Assembly (NCBI GenBank): GCA_034439575.1
Contig: JAWXAQ010000015.1
Location: 64,001 to 128,000 of the forward strand
Reading direction: 5' to 3'
Source of the DNA: Leptospira sp.
GTDB taxonomy: Bacteria; Spirochaetota; Leptospiria; Leptospirales; Leptospiraceae
Length of the DNA: 64,000 nt
Positions 50,970 to 60,405 of the stretch are shown piece after piece. Position 1 is the first letter of the stretch; the number at the start of each line of letters is the position of its first letter. A program made the position numbers and the translations under genes. The notes under the pieces were generated by a model, which made no database searches, was not told the DNA's origin, and saw nothing but the letters and a program-made list of their open reading frames with translations.

Positions 50970-51386
50970 TTACGGGGTAAATAAGTTTTTTAAAAACTTA
51001 CCTTTTAGAGTTTTATAGATTGAAAAATCAGAATCAATACTTATTATTCTTTCTATTCCGATTCTTTCGGAAATACACATAAGAGATGCGTCTGCTAAAT
51101 CCATTGGTAAGTCTGAATATTTTTTCATTCGATTTTTAATATATCTTAAATCTTCGATAGTTAAATCTATAATCTGAATACTTCCTCTTTCTATCCATTC
51201 GAGAAAATCCGATTGAGCATCATTTGAATAAGATAATAGATATATTACTTCTGTGACAACAGGCCAGGTTGATATTAATTCGCCTTTGAAAGACTTAAAA
51301 TATTTTAAACAAGGCTTATGAAATTTATCTTTTGAATTAAATAAGGCAATAATTGGTCCAGAATCAATTAGAACTACGTTTTGCAT
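50970..51386 (-). CDS. vapC: VapC/PIN toxin (cassette A)
   Basis: Start MQNVVLIDSGP at 51386; VVTEVIY, MDLADASL, IDSDF. Confidence 0.9.
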   Translation of the reverse strand: MQNVVLIDSGPIIALFNSKDKFHKPCLKYFKSFKGELISTWPVVTEVIYLLSYSNDAQSDFLEWIERGSIQIIDLTIEDLRYIKNRMKKYSDLPMDLADASLMCISERIGIERIISIDSDFSIYKTLKGKFLKNLFTP

Positions 51387-51624
51387 GTTTCTTATCAATT
51401 TTCTTCTGAAGATATTCTTTGCGATTTTGAGCCAAATCTTGGAGACCAGAATCGTATTTTCCAAATAGATCGAGACCTAATTCGTATGGAGTTTTAACAT
51501 TCCCTCTATTTTCAATATATTCTAGAATAGATTCCTTAACTACATCAGTTCGACTTTTTCCTTCAGCTTTTGCGAATGAATCTAATTTTCTTTCTAAATC
51601 TCGCGGTAGCCGTAAACTAATCAT
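51364..51624 (-). CDS. vapB: Ribbon-helix-helix antitoxin (cassette A)
   Basis: MISLRLPRDLERKL...SRTDVVKESI...PYELG; paralog of 50440-50700. Confidence 0.88.
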   Translation of the reverse strand: MISLRLPRDLERKLDSFAKAEGKSRTDVVKESILEYIENRGNVKTPYELGLDLFGKYDSGLQDLAQNRKEYLQKKIDKKHAKRSSN

Positions 51625-51630
51625 TTTGAA

Positions 51631-51659
51631 AATGTATCACAAATACGTATTACTGTCAA
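51631..51659 (-). promoter_or_regulatory. Sigma70-type promoter, probably leaderless transcript
   Basis: TTGACA(51659-51654)-17 nt-TACATT(51636-51631) with extended TG; ATG starts 6 nt after the -10. Confidence 0.75.
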
Positions 51660-51721
51660 ATAGTATTTTTTCTTTTTACTCATTGACTATTGTAGATTAC
51701 CCATGTCCTAATTCATACATT

Positions 51722-51745
51722 CGCGACCTTGCGCATAACGAATTA
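51722..51745 (-). mobile_element. Core site (GTTATGC) marking the 5' boundary of cassette A; attI-like or truncated attC
   Basis: GCATAACGAATTA (51733-51745) vs GCATAACGAACTA (50801-50813); flank complementary to the other end of cassette A. Confidence 0.7.
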
Positions 51746-52314
51746 ATTATCAAATGTCTGAAAAAATTTTCTATTGATAGTCAAAATAATTTCAATATTA
51801 AAAAATTATTAACCTCGATGAATTCCGTTATGATTACTTAGAAAAAAATTCAACTCATTTTATTTATGCGGCAACTAATTCGAGAAATTATCTTAATAGC
51901 GATCAAGTAATTCATGAGTTTTTCAAACCTTATTCTCAAAATAAATATTCATAATTTTTTTATCTGAATTAAAAGCTAACATTAAAGATATACTAGTGCC
52001 AATATATGAATTTTACCTAAACTTTAATTTTTATTTAGATTTCCTCAAATATTAAGATTCATTTATTTAATTGAAATCTTTAATTGTGGCTGATGCATTA
52101 GATGTAAAATGTTTGCAATGATTATCTAAAGATCTTCTGGATCATTAGATAATTAAAGGATACTAAACCATGACACAAGAAGATATAAACTCTAAATTTC
52201 CGCATTCTTCATTTATTTAATTTCTTGAGAAACTACTTTCCGATTTTCAATCTAAACCAAAAAATGAAAGACTTCTTCTGCTCGAAATTACGTATCATTT
52301 CCTAGAACTGGATC

Positions 52315-52544
52315 TTGCCGAAATATAAATTCCGATTCTTTTTCGATCCAGGTTCTGGCCCTGGCTACTGGAGGCAGACGATGGGACGAAAGCTAAATAC
52401 GACTACGCGGTCGACAATCGTGAATTACCTTTAGACGAAAGTATCCGATTCGAAAATTACAAAATGGCTCTGTTAGAGATCGTAAGAAAAGAACTCGGCG
52501 AAAAATACGAAATAATCGATGAATCGGGTAATGATATCGTTTAA
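52315..52544 (+). pseudogene. Frameshifted gene remnant
   Basis: Frame 1 (TTG)PKYKFRFFFDPGSGPG; a second frame continues EADDGTKAKYDYAVDNRELPLDE...EIVRKELGEKYEIIDESGNDIV*; GC-richer than flanks. Confidence 0.5.
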
Positions 52545-52768
52545 CCGCGCCAGAGATGTTTTGCTTAAGCCCTTTTGCCCAGTTGTATGAAATTTACGAC
52601 TAACCACTGTGATAATGGCGTGAGTCCCAAATTCCTCGATTTGCATTTTGGTCTTCTTTCATAGAAAGTTTTTTGAATTTTACAGCGATTATGTGACATG
52701 ATATTATCGGGAGAATTTAAATATTATAATCCTAGATAATCTTGAAATTCGATTGGGAAGTTTAATCT

Positions 52769-54135
52769 TTGGGAAATTAATGCAATTCGTTAAAATGCAG
52801 ATCGAACGGATATTTGCATCGGAAGTTTACAATAGCTAAAATATTTTCAAGATTGAGATATCTCCAATCGTCCTTTATTACAATCCTGCATCCGTTCGAT
52901 TGTTCATCCCTCCGATCTTCCCTTGAAAAAATCATAACATTTGAATGTTTTACGAAATACGTAAAAATCCAAAGACTTTAACTCTTTCTTTGTTAGCATC
53001 CCAATTCGAACCCAAATGAATCCTGTAGCTCCTAAACAGAATTCTGAATAGGATGTGTAAATGTTGGGAAATTATCGCATTTTGTTAAAATGCCGATCGA
53101 ACAGAGAATTAGATCAGAAGTTTTCTATGAGTAAAGTATTTTATAGAATGAGTCATTATGAATCAAACTTGCCCGATACCTTTCATTCAATGACATATTC
53201 CCACATTCTTTATAACATTCCTGCATCCAGCAGGTTTTCCGTCAGAAAAGCCTACAAATTTGCATATTTTGAAGCTGTGCCTTAAAATTCTAATAAGTTC
53301 GATAGGAAACTCCATTATAAACCCGTCCAAATCAGGATCAAAATGAATCTGGTAGCTCCAATCTCAGAATTTGACCTCGATGCTTACGTCTTTTCATTTT
53401 TCCTAAGGATTCCAAATCTCGAGGGATTTATTGATATTGCAAAAATTCAATTTGGATCGGAAATTTATCATTGATCGAAAGCCATTTAGATTTATTGGAA
53501 TATTAGAATAGAGTGAGTCGTGTCGATTGAAGGCCGTCATTCGGAAATTGACCAAAAATGGTATGTTTTACGAAATGCGAGTAAATCGAATCGACCCAAA
53601 TCCAATACTTTCCCTCTACTCTCGCTCCAATTCCAAAACACAATCCTTGCTCAATTTTCTAAAAATTTCTCATTTTTCCGGTGGAAACTAGAATTTTCTG
53701 AAATTGGCGCATTTCGTTAAAATCCAACAGATGACTCGAATTTACCCACCTATACAATTTCGATCCGAATTTATCAAGACTATCCTTCGGAATTTGACCA
53801 AATTTGGCACGTTTTACGCAATGCAGAAAAAACGCAATATCTCAGATCTCAATTTTACCCCCACTACACTCGCAAAAATCTCATCCAAAATATATCCATT
53901 GGATTCAAAACTCGGACTTTTCTCGGTTTCTATAAATTTTGCATTTTTCCGAAGGAAATCAGAGTTTTCGGAAATTTCAGCAATGCAATAAAAACCAACA
54001 ATCAATCTTAATTTGCATAACAATCCAGTCCTAAATCGAATTTTAGACGCTCGAACCGTTCCCCTGCCCTATTTTTAATTTTTCCTTCGGAAATTTTCTA
54101 AAAATGACACGTTTTACGTAATACAGGTAAATTCC
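52769..54135. repeat. Degenerate ~250-330 bp tandem repeat array, non-coding
   Basis: GTTTTACGnAAT at 52947, 53565, 53811, 54111; inverted-like GCAwTTyGTTAAAAT at 52782, 53077, 53709 (degenerate at 53980); alignable blocks 52769/53064, 53541/53787/54087, 53656/53927. Confidence 0.8.
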
Positions 54136-54269
54136 GAAGTAGATTAGAACCCTTACTTCCACAAAAGTATCTGAATCCTTAAAAATTATATCATCTGCGC
54201 CACCGATCGAAGCGTAAATCCTTCCCTTGCTAAATAATTTATTGAATAAGGAAAAAATCGGAAGATTGC

Positions 54270-54320
54270 AGCGTAGAGCGGGACCCGAAGCAATGCTAGC
54301 AATTGATTCGGGGGCGCCCC
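54270..54320. repeat. GC-rich REP-like hairpin
   Basis: GCGTAGAGCGGGACCCGAA...TTCGGGGGCGCCC; CCCGAA/TTCGGG stem in very AT-rich context. Confidence 0.4.
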
Positions 54321-54531
54321 AATAATTAACATACGCAAAAATTAAAAATTTTTAAATTAGCTGCGATTTTTAATCGATGATTCATCTATTTATTTTATTT
54401 CAAAAAATGTGCTTTAGTTAGGTGTCATAGAACGCCGAATAGGAGAAGAAATACGAACATTCGCTACAGATTCAATAAATTGTCTTTTTTAATTATTGAT
54501 AATGTAACGGAAATTGTATGATAAATTCTAA

Positions 54532-54939
54532 ATGAAAAAGAAAATGATGATGCTTAAAAATAAAAATTCTATGAATATAGTTCATTTCATTCACCAAACG
54601 CAAAAGTACACAACGTTCACATTTTCAAAATGGAACACCTTACAGTTGAATGCGAAAATTCAGATGCATGGATGTTTATCTACTTACATCGATTTTTTGA
54701 TAGATAGATATTCCTTTAGAGTTTATGAAACATTCAAGTTTAACAAAATCGCCTTAGACCAAGAGGCCATGATTCATTCAGAAGAAAAAATGAGGATCAA
54801 GTGTCGCATCTTTGAATCCACACTTGATGAATTATCCGAACTCGCGGAATATGCAATGATGAATAAAACTAAATTATTTAGAATTTTATTAAAGTGGGAT
54901 ATCAATAATCCAAGTCCGAGACTCAGGCTTATCGCCTAA
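54532..54939 (+). CDS. DUF1564-like Leptospira-specific protein
   Basis: LSTYIDFLIDRY, RIKCRI.E..LDELSELA...MNKTKLFRILLKWD pattern. Confidence 0.6.
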   Translation: MKKKMMMLKNKNSMNIVHFIHQTQKYTTFTFSKWNTLQLNAKIQMHGCLSTYIDFLIDRYSFRVYETFKFNKIALDQEAMIHSEEKMRIKCRIFESTLDELSELAEYAMMNKTKLFRILLKWDINNPSPRLRLIA

Positions 54940-55337
54940 AAAGAGGCTAATTCGTTTGTTAGATAAATTCTGAATTCTTCTGGAATAGATTTTTTCAAAC
55001 CATTACGATAATCATAATATACTTGTACAGTTTTTGCTCTAACATGTTCTAATTTTCTATTTTCATTCCAAATACTATATTGAAAATCCCAAGATGTATT
55101 TCCGATTCTCGATACCCAAATTCTAACTTCAATTTGGTCACCGGGCAATACCGAAGCGACTAAATCCATTTCGACTCGAGCCAGAACAAATGGAATGTCT
55201 TCCAGTGTATCAATTTTCAGATATTTATTACAAAAATGCAATCGTGCAATTTCTAAATACGAGGAATAACTAGCGTTATTGACTCTTCGCATAGGATCCA
55301 TATCATTAAATCGAATTTGTATAGGAGCGGAGATCAA
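54936..55337 (-). CDS. Acyl-CoA thioesterase (4HBT/YbgC-like)
   Basis: IRFNDMDPMRRVNNASYSSYLEIAR, IGNTS. Confidence 0.9.
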   Translation of the reverse strand: MISAPIQIRFNDMDPMRRVNNASYSSYLEIARLHFCNKYLKIDTLEDIPFVLARVEMDLVASVLPGDQIEVRIWVSRIGNTSWDFQYSIWNENRKLEHVRAKTVQVYYDYRNGLKKSIPEEFRIYLTNELASF

Positions 55338-55351
55338 TTGTGAAATGACAC

Positions 55352-56374
55352 CTAACGTTTTTTACTCTTTTTGGCAGAATTCTTTTTTCTGGAAACCTTG
55401 AGTACGTTTTGTTTTTTAATAGAAGATTTTTTGCTGATCAAGACTTGTAATTGATTTTTGGGATTTTTGAGTTTTGGTCCTAGATTAAAAATATTTTTTA
55501 AATAGCTTGCGGCCTCTTCTCCTTTTTTAGTCCCTAATTGTACTGTATCATATAATTTTTTTCTGACAGTCGTTGTTAGAGTAACAGGAAGAGGAAGGTC
55601 TGGTGCAATGGTATGAATGATTATCCCTTCTGGTGGTTTTTTAGCAATGGTTCTTCCATGATTGAAGTTGTGGTGGTGCCAGCGTTTCATCATTCTTGCA
55701 ATTTTCCAATTTCTCGGGAAAGCAAACATGCTAGTTAGAAGGCTCAATGGTTTTGAAATGTGTTGGATCGGAGAGTTCATTATAACAATGATTTCTTTAT
55801 AACCCGCTTCGATTAAATCTTGGATGGGTAAGGGATTTAATATAGCGGCATCAGAATATAATTTACCTTCTAACCACTGTTTACCTTTTGTTGCAATTGG
55901 TAGAGAGGTCGCTGCCTTCAATAATTCAAATATATTTGATGAAGTGGCTTTTATATATTCTACACTATGTGAATGCAAATTACTAACAGCAATTCGGAAT
56001 TCAGGAACACCTTTCTTTTCCAAAAATTCTGATTCTAATCGAACTTTTTTACGAAAGATAAAATCAATAAGGTACTCTTGGTCCAAAAAAGTTTTACCTT
56101 GAAAGGGATGTAAAAGAGAAATCAACTGCCGTCCCGATAGGTCCCGATACCATACACTCAAAGCCCTTTCGCTTTTAATAGGTTCTGGATCTTTCATAGT
56201 CACATAATAAGCCGCCGAACATGCCCCAGAGGACACACCGACAACCAAATCAAAGTATTGTGGTCCTAGAAATTGATTTAAACTATAAAGCACACCGCCA
56301 GAAAAAGCGCCTTTCATTCCCCCACCTTCTACAAGCAGGACGCGCTTTGTGCCTTTAGCTTCTGGAATTTTCAA
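55352..56374 (-). CDS. Patatin-like phospholipase with basic tail
   Basis: EGGGMKG, GVSSG nucleophile elbow, ATSLP, SDAA. Confidence 0.88.
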   Translation of the reverse strand: MKIPEAKGTKRVLLVEGGGMKGAFSGGVLYSLNQFLGPQYFDLVVGVSSGACSAAYYVTMKDPEPIKSERALSVWYRDLSGRQLISLLHPFQGKTFLDQEYLIDFIFRKKVRLESEFLEKKGVPEFRIAVSNLHSHSVEYIKATSSNIFELLKAATSLPIATKGKQWLEGKLYSDAAILNPLPIQDLIEAGYKEIIVIMNSPIQHISKPLSLLTSMFAFPRNWKIARMMKRWHHHNFNHGRTIAKKPPEGIIIHTIAPDLPLPVTLTTTVRKKLYDTVQLGTKKGEEAASYLKNIFNLGPKLKNPKNQLQVLISKKSSIKKQNVLKVSRKKNSAKKSKKR

Positions 56375-56462
56375 TAAAATACCCTCTAAAAAGTAAGAGC
56401 TTCAAAGTGTATAATAGTTGCAAAAACTTTTAGACTTCGAAACCAATGATGTTTAAAAAAAA

Positions 56463-56969
56463 TTATGATTTGAAAGGCATTTCCCCAAGATAATCTTTTT
56501 TTCCAATGTCCAATCCATTTGATCGAAGTATGGCATAAGCAGTCGTTATGTGGAAATAAAAATTGGGAAGTGCATGATGCAATAAATACTCTTCACCATT
56601 CATATATTTTCCTTCCCATCTTGGTTGAGATACCTTGATGTCTTTTGCCCCATTAAAATCTGTTTCTTTAAAAGTTTTTAGATAATTGATGGTCGCTTCA
56701 ATTCTCGTTTTTAAATCGCTTAAAGTTTTTTCTGAATCATCAAAACTCGGAGCATCTTTTCCTGTTATACGAGATGCTGCAAATTTTGCCGTATCACATG
56801 CGATTTGAATCTGTTTAATTAATGCAAATTGGTCAGCGATGAGACGCGAATTTAATAAAACATTAAAATCAATTTTTTTAGCTTCCGCTTGGGTTGATGT
56901 TTTTTCCAAAAATTTAATCAGATTTGATAGTCCTTTTGAAAATTGTTCGATTGTAATTTGATAAAGCAT
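56463..56969 (-). CDS. DUF1993 family protein
   Basis: RLIADQFAL..QIQIACD.AK, LPNFYFHITTAYAILR..G..IGKKDY. Confidence 0.9.
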   Translation of the reverse strand: MLYQITIEQFSKGLSNLIKFLEKTSTQAEAKKIDFNVLLNSRLIADQFALIKQIQIACDTAKFAASRITGKDAPSFDDSEKTLSDLKTRIEATINYLKTFKETDFNGAKDIKVSQPRWEGKYMNGEEYLLHHALPNFYFHITTAYAILRSNGLDIGKKDYLGEMPFKS

Positions 56970-57139
56970 AGGTTCCTTTAGAATTTTTTGACAGATGATA
57001 GAGACTGGAATACAATTTCAGCCTGAATTTACATAGTTTGGACGAATGGATTTTTTGAAATGGTTTAATTTTTGAAATGAGAATCTATGGATAAATTCAA
57101 ATCTTGGTTTACCAAAGATCCTGATCCGGAGTTTTTTCT

Positions 57140-57535
57140 ATGAAATCAATAAAATCACCACAGCTTCTATTTGTAGCATTTTTACTTTTACTTTCCCCAA
57201 TTTTTGGAACGGATAAAGATTTTATCATTAAAGATATCAAAGTAGGCACTGGAAAGGAAGCTTACTCTAGTTCTTATGTGACCGTACATTATGTAGGCAG
57301 ATTGAAAAACGGCGTCAAATTTGATAGTTCTAGAGATAGAAAAAAGCCTTTTGAATTCAATCTAGGGGCAAGGGAAGTGATTCGTGGTTGGGACAAAGGC
57401 ATTGTGGGCATGAAAGAAGGTGGAATTCGTAAACTCACAATCCCCCCAGAAATGGCCTATGGAGAAAAAGCAACAGGCTCTATCCCTGCAAATTCCACTC
57501 TCATTTTTGAAGTCGAACTCCTTAAAGTTTATTAA
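57140..57535 (+). CDS. FKBP-type peptidyl-prolyl isomerase, exported
   Basis: VTVHYVG, FDSSRDR, VIRGWDKG, IPPEMAYG, IPANSTLIFEVEL. Confidence 0.95.
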   Translation: MKSIKSPQLLFVAFLLLLSPIFGTDKDFIIKDIKVGTGKEAYSSSYVTVHYVGRLKNGVKFDSSRDRKKPFEFNLGAREVIRGWDKGIVGMKEGGIRKLTIPPEMAYGEKATGSIPANSTLIFEVELLKVY

Positions 57536-57693
57536 GTAGCCGTAAGTTTTACAAATTCTTCTGCAAATATTCGCAAAATTTTAAGAAAAAGGTTTGAAAC
57601 TGCATTTTTTTTTCCGATTCTTGCAATAATCCGTAAATATGAGGATTTCCTCTCTTTTGCGAAATTGATTATATAAGAATTGAAAATATAAAA

Positions 57694-57978
57694 ATGAAAA
57701 TAATTGTCGAAGAAACAAATCTCACCTATGAGGGGCTAAACGACTTTCATAACAATGTTATAAAAGTCCTAGAAACTTCCATATCAGATGTGATTTTGGA
57801 TTTTCAAAAAATTACAATGACACTCGATAGCTCAGCAATCGGTGAATTAATGAAATTTCACACTTATATGGAAAAAAGAAATTTATTCCTTCACCTAGCA
57901 AATGTTAACAAACTCACAAAAACTGTATTTCGATTGAACAAGCTTGATACCATTCTAAATCTCATTGATTCAGAATAA
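57694..57978 (+). CDS. STAS domain protein
   Basis: VILDFQKI...DSSAIGEL, VFRLNKLD. Confidence 0.8.
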   Translation: MKIIVEETNLTYEGLNDFHNNVIKVLETSISDVILDFQKITMTLDSSAIGELMKFHTYMEKRNLFLHLANVNKLTKTVFRLNKLDTILNLIDSE

Positions 57979-58273
57979 AATTGCAAATAAGCAATAGATA
58001 GTATCTCGAAGGCAAATAAGAATGCCACTACCAATCTTGCTAATTTCCAAATAGGCACATAGATTTAGTTTTTTTAACCATAATGCCCACCTATGGTAGG
58101 TTTTGTGGCTTTCAACGCAAACGTTCGATTTACCAATTCTCACATGGTTCCATTTCCCAAAATTTTAATCATCATAATCGATTTTAATTTTCTTTAGATT
58201 TTAAATCCCGATTTATGATTCCTTTAGTCCAATTAGTACCTAAAAAAAGTTTCTTCTATTTGGAAATTTTCTG

Positions 58274-58303
58274 TTGACGTCGAATAGTTCAATATTAAAC
58301 CAT
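58274..58303 (+). promoter_or_regulatory. yceI promoter with imperfect palindrome
   Basis: TTGACG at 58274; ATAGTTCAATATTAAACCAT (58284-58303, 16/20 self-complementary); AGGAG RBS downstream. Confidence 0.45.
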
Positions 58304-58320
58304 TCAATATAGGAGCTTTT

Positions 58321-58938
58321 ATGAAATACACAAAATTTCTCTTTTTAGGACTACTCTCGTCTGCATTAGTGATCGCTAATTGTGGTCAAAAACCTGCCCA
58401 ATTGGCTGGTGATGCCTACCCAGTAGCAAGTGCATCTGGAACAAATTACGAAATAGACACAAACAAATCCACGCTCAAATGGATTGGATCCAAAGTAAGT
58501 ATGAAACACAATGGAACTGTAAATATTAAATCCGGTGTCCTCACTGCCAAAGGTGGAAATGTCACATCTGGTAAATTTGTGATTGATATGCCGACTCTTG
58601 TCAATTCAGACCAAGAAGGCACATGGAAAGCAAAACTAGAAGGTCACTTAAAAAGTGAAGACTTCTTTGATGTAGCAAAATTTCCAGAATCAACTTTTGA
58701 AATCGCAAGTGTTACAAAGACTGACAAAGGTTATGAGGTTCGCGGTAACCTAACAGTGAAAGGAATCACAAAAGGAATTTCTTTTCCGGCTGAGGTTAAT
58801 TTTGCTTCGGACAAACCTGTTTCAGCAAAAGGAACAGCCGTCATCAATCGTAAGGATTGGGGCATTGTGTACCCAGGAATGCCAGATGATTTGATTGGCG
58901 ACAATGTTGAATTTGAATTAAACCTAGTGACAAAATAA
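58321..58938 (+). CDS. YceI family lipoprotein
   Basis: Lipobox IANC; HLKSEDFFDVAKFP, GNLTVKGIT, INRKDWGI. Confidence 0.92.
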   Translation: MKYTKFLFLGLLSSALVIANCGQKPAQLAGDAYPVASASGTNYEIDTNKSTLKWIGSKVSMKHNGTVNIKSGVLTAKGGNVTSGKFVIDMPTLVNSDQEGTWKAKLEGHLKSEDFFDVAKFPESTFEIASVTKTDKGYEVRGNLTVKGITKGISFPAEVNFASDKPVSAKGTAVINRKDWGIVYPGMPDDLIGDNVEFELNLVTK

Positions 58939-58952
58939 TTTTTCACAACCTA

Positions 58953-58997
58953 CTGGTCTTTTAAAGTAAATCATCTTTTTAAGACCAGTTTTCTTTT
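58953..58997 (+). terminator. Intrinsic terminator after yceI
   Basis: ACTGGTCTT...AAGACCAGT stem followed by T-run. Confidence 0.65.
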
Positions 58998-59054
58998 ATG
59001 ACTCTGCTATTTGTTCCTTGAAAAATAAAGAAAACTTGATCCTATCTATGGATC

Positions 59055-60365
59055 ATGTCCCCGAACTTAAAAGACAATTCCTCTTTTGTATCTTATCTTG
59101 AAACTGAAATCAACGCTACATTAAGAAACGTTAGTTTTTATTCTTTCTTAATGGGTACGGGTTCTGCCTTACTCCTTGTCATTTTGCAATTTTTAGATCT
59201 AGTAAAACAAATGCAAGTTCCTATACTCTGGACCATAACAGGTGGACTTGTATCATTGAGTTTTTATTTTATCGCCAAACAAAACTTAGCTAAGGGATAT
59301 TTGATTTATATTATTATTTTATTTTACAGTACTCTACCTGGCATACTCTTTGTGCTGGCAGAATTTCTACTTCCTCTGGGAGCCGCGACATACATCACAG
59401 GCCCTGCTTCCTATTTGTATTTTTTTATGGTGATCTTATCTGGCTTTGCACTAGATGAAAGGTTATCTATTTTAGCAGGGATTTATACAGGCATCCAATA
59501 TCTATTTTTCTTTTTGATTTCGTTAGACGGGATACGCATGATAAATTCTCCCGATTTACTACAATGGCATGATCTGACGGATCCACCCATTTACTTTTTC
59601 AAATCCATGATGATGGTTTTTTCAGGTGTAGTCGTAGGCATATTAGTTCGAAACACAAAACGTTTGCTCAGCGAAGTATTGGAAAGAGAAAAAGAAAAAT
59701 CAAACATTTCCAGGTTATTTGGACAATTTGTATCCGAAGAAGTCAAAGATAAAGTTTTGAGTGAAGGTGTGACAAACCGAACTGAAAAAAAGAATGTGAT
59801 CATATTATTTTCTGATTTGCGATCATTTACATCTTTAAGCGAAAAATCAGATCCTGAAAAACTTATCCTTCAATTAAATGCCTACTTTGATCGAATGTCA
59901 GATTGTATTTCTATGAATGGCGGAACCATTGATAAGTTTATAGGCGATGCCATCATGGCTGTGTTTGGTGGATTTGTTCACGTCGATGATGTTGCCGATG
60001 CTGCCTTCCAAACATCAATTCAAATGCAAAAAGAGTTGATTCATTTAAATCGTGAATGGGCTAATTCAAATTTTCCTATTCTATCATCGGGAATCGGGCT
60101 TCATTTTGGAGAGGTAGTCCAAGGTGCCATTGGTTCTAAAAATCGCCTAGACTATACTGTGATAGGCGATGCTGTCAATACCGCATCGCGCATTGAAGGG
60201 CTTTGTTCTTCCTTACAGAAAAAGGTAATTCTCTCAACCAATGTCTATGAACTTCTTTCCCAACAAAACAAATCATTTTGCCAAAGTTTAGGAAGTCAAA
60301 AATTAAAAGGAAAAGAAAAGGAAGTAGAATTGTATTCTATCGATGAAAACGAATTTTTAAGATAA
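59055..60365 (+). CDS. Membrane-bound class III adenylate/guanylate cyclase
   Basis: ~6 TM; LFSDLRSFT, IDKFIGDAIMA, GIGLHFG, YTVIGDAVNTASRIE. Confidence 0.93.
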   Translation: MSPNLKDNSSFVSYLETEINATLRNVSFYSFLMGTGSALLLVILQFLDLVKQMQVPILWTITGGLVSLSFYFIAKQNLAKGYLIYIIILFYSTLPGILFVLAEFLLPLGAATYITGPASYLYFFMVILSGFALDERLSILAGIYTGIQYLFFFLISLDGIRMINSPDLLQWHDLTDPPIYFFKSMMMVFSGVVVGILVRNTKRLLSEVLEREKEKSNISRLFGQFVSEEVKDKVLSEGVTNRTEKKNVIILFSDLRSFTSLSEKSDPEKLILQLNAYFDRMSDCISMNGGTIDKFIGDAIMAVFGGFVHVDDVADAAFQTSIQMQKELIHLNREWANSNFPILSSGIGLHFGEVVQGAIGSKNRLDYTVIGDAVNTASRIEGLCSSLQKKVILSTNVYELLSQQNKSFCQSLGSQKLKGKEKEVELYSIDENEFLR

Positions 60366-60405
60366 CGTGAATCCTAATTATATTTCGCAATAGAAAAAAT
60401 AAAGA

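Noticed and set aside
49861-51745. Possible IS/MITE-bounded composite transposon
   Set aside because: No transposase; elements are in direct orientation at gene 3' ends with no target duplication seen; the attC model fits better.
53061-54023. Short ORFs (74, 66, 95, 69 aa), two ending in a similar NF.FFR.K.EFSEI.A
   Set aside because: Similarity reflects the DNA repeat; frames are not maintained between units and there are no RBS.
52769-54135. Possible CRISPR array
   Set aside because: Repeats are degenerate, period is 250-330 bp and variable, and there are no cas genes in the window.
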